Assembly: GCF_001194135.2 (NCBI RefSeq)
Contig: NC_068983.1
Span: forward strand, 66,827,697 to 66,891,385
Reading direction: 5' to 3'
Length of the DNA: 63,689 nt
Source: Octopus bimaculoides
Taxonomy: Eukaryota
In this document: positions 63,455 to 63,689 of the stretch, piece after piece
How the letters are laid out: each line of letters opens with the position of its first letter
How positions within the stretch are numbered: position 1 is the first letter of the stretch
Translations under genes and position numbers: made by a program
The notes under the pieces: model-generated
What the model saw: the letters and a program-made list of their open reading frames with translations, nothing else
Told to the model about the DNA's origin: nothing
Databases searched by the model: none

Positions 63455-63689
63455 TCATCATCATCATCATCATCATCGTTTAACGTCCGCTTTCCATGCT
63501 AGCATGGGTTGGACGATTTGACTGAGGACTGGTGAAACCGGATGGCAACATCAGGCTCCAGTCTGATTTGGCAGAGTTTCTACAGCTGGATGCCCTTCCT
63601 AACGCCAACCACTCAGAGAGTGTAGTGGGTGCTTTTACGTGTCACCCGCACGAAAACGGCCACGCTCGAAATGGTGTCTTTTATGTGCC
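63455..63689 (-). mobile_element. Young retroposon 3' tail, runs off the window end
   Basis: Five differences from the 59994 copy over about 175 bp, counted by eye. Confidence 0.85.

Overview
AT-rich eukaryotic DNA from a gapped short-read assembly (6 N gaps, five of them next to a microsatellite). The repeat content (tRNA-derived CORE-like and Meta-like SINEs, RTE LINEs with (GAT)n tails, dense (CA)n/(TA)n/(TACA)n) looks like an octopus (coleoid cephalopod) genome; this is an inference from recognised repeat families. No prokaryote-style operon, CRISPR array, rRNA or intact known gene is supportable. The window is mostly a transposon graveyard: an RTE LINE endonuclease segment, two mariner copies, a Tc1, a Tigger/pogo element carrying nested insertions, two Helitron remnants, CR1/L2-type LINE pieces, and an ancient near full-length Ty3/Gypsy provirus with both LTRs. 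It also holds many SINEs and at least six fold-back palindromes of 85-890 bp. A few isolated open exon-like segments with good splice sites may belong to an unidentified spliced host gene. I cannot claim a new biological system with confidence. The best leads are a hammerhead-ribozyme-like inverted repeat (8.9-9.2 kb), an 890-bp fold-back with a one-sided 21-bp repeat expansion, retroposons with variable palindromic tandem arrays, and the candidate orphan exons. Most repeat boundaries were placed by eye and are approximate unless TSD/TIR positions are quoted.
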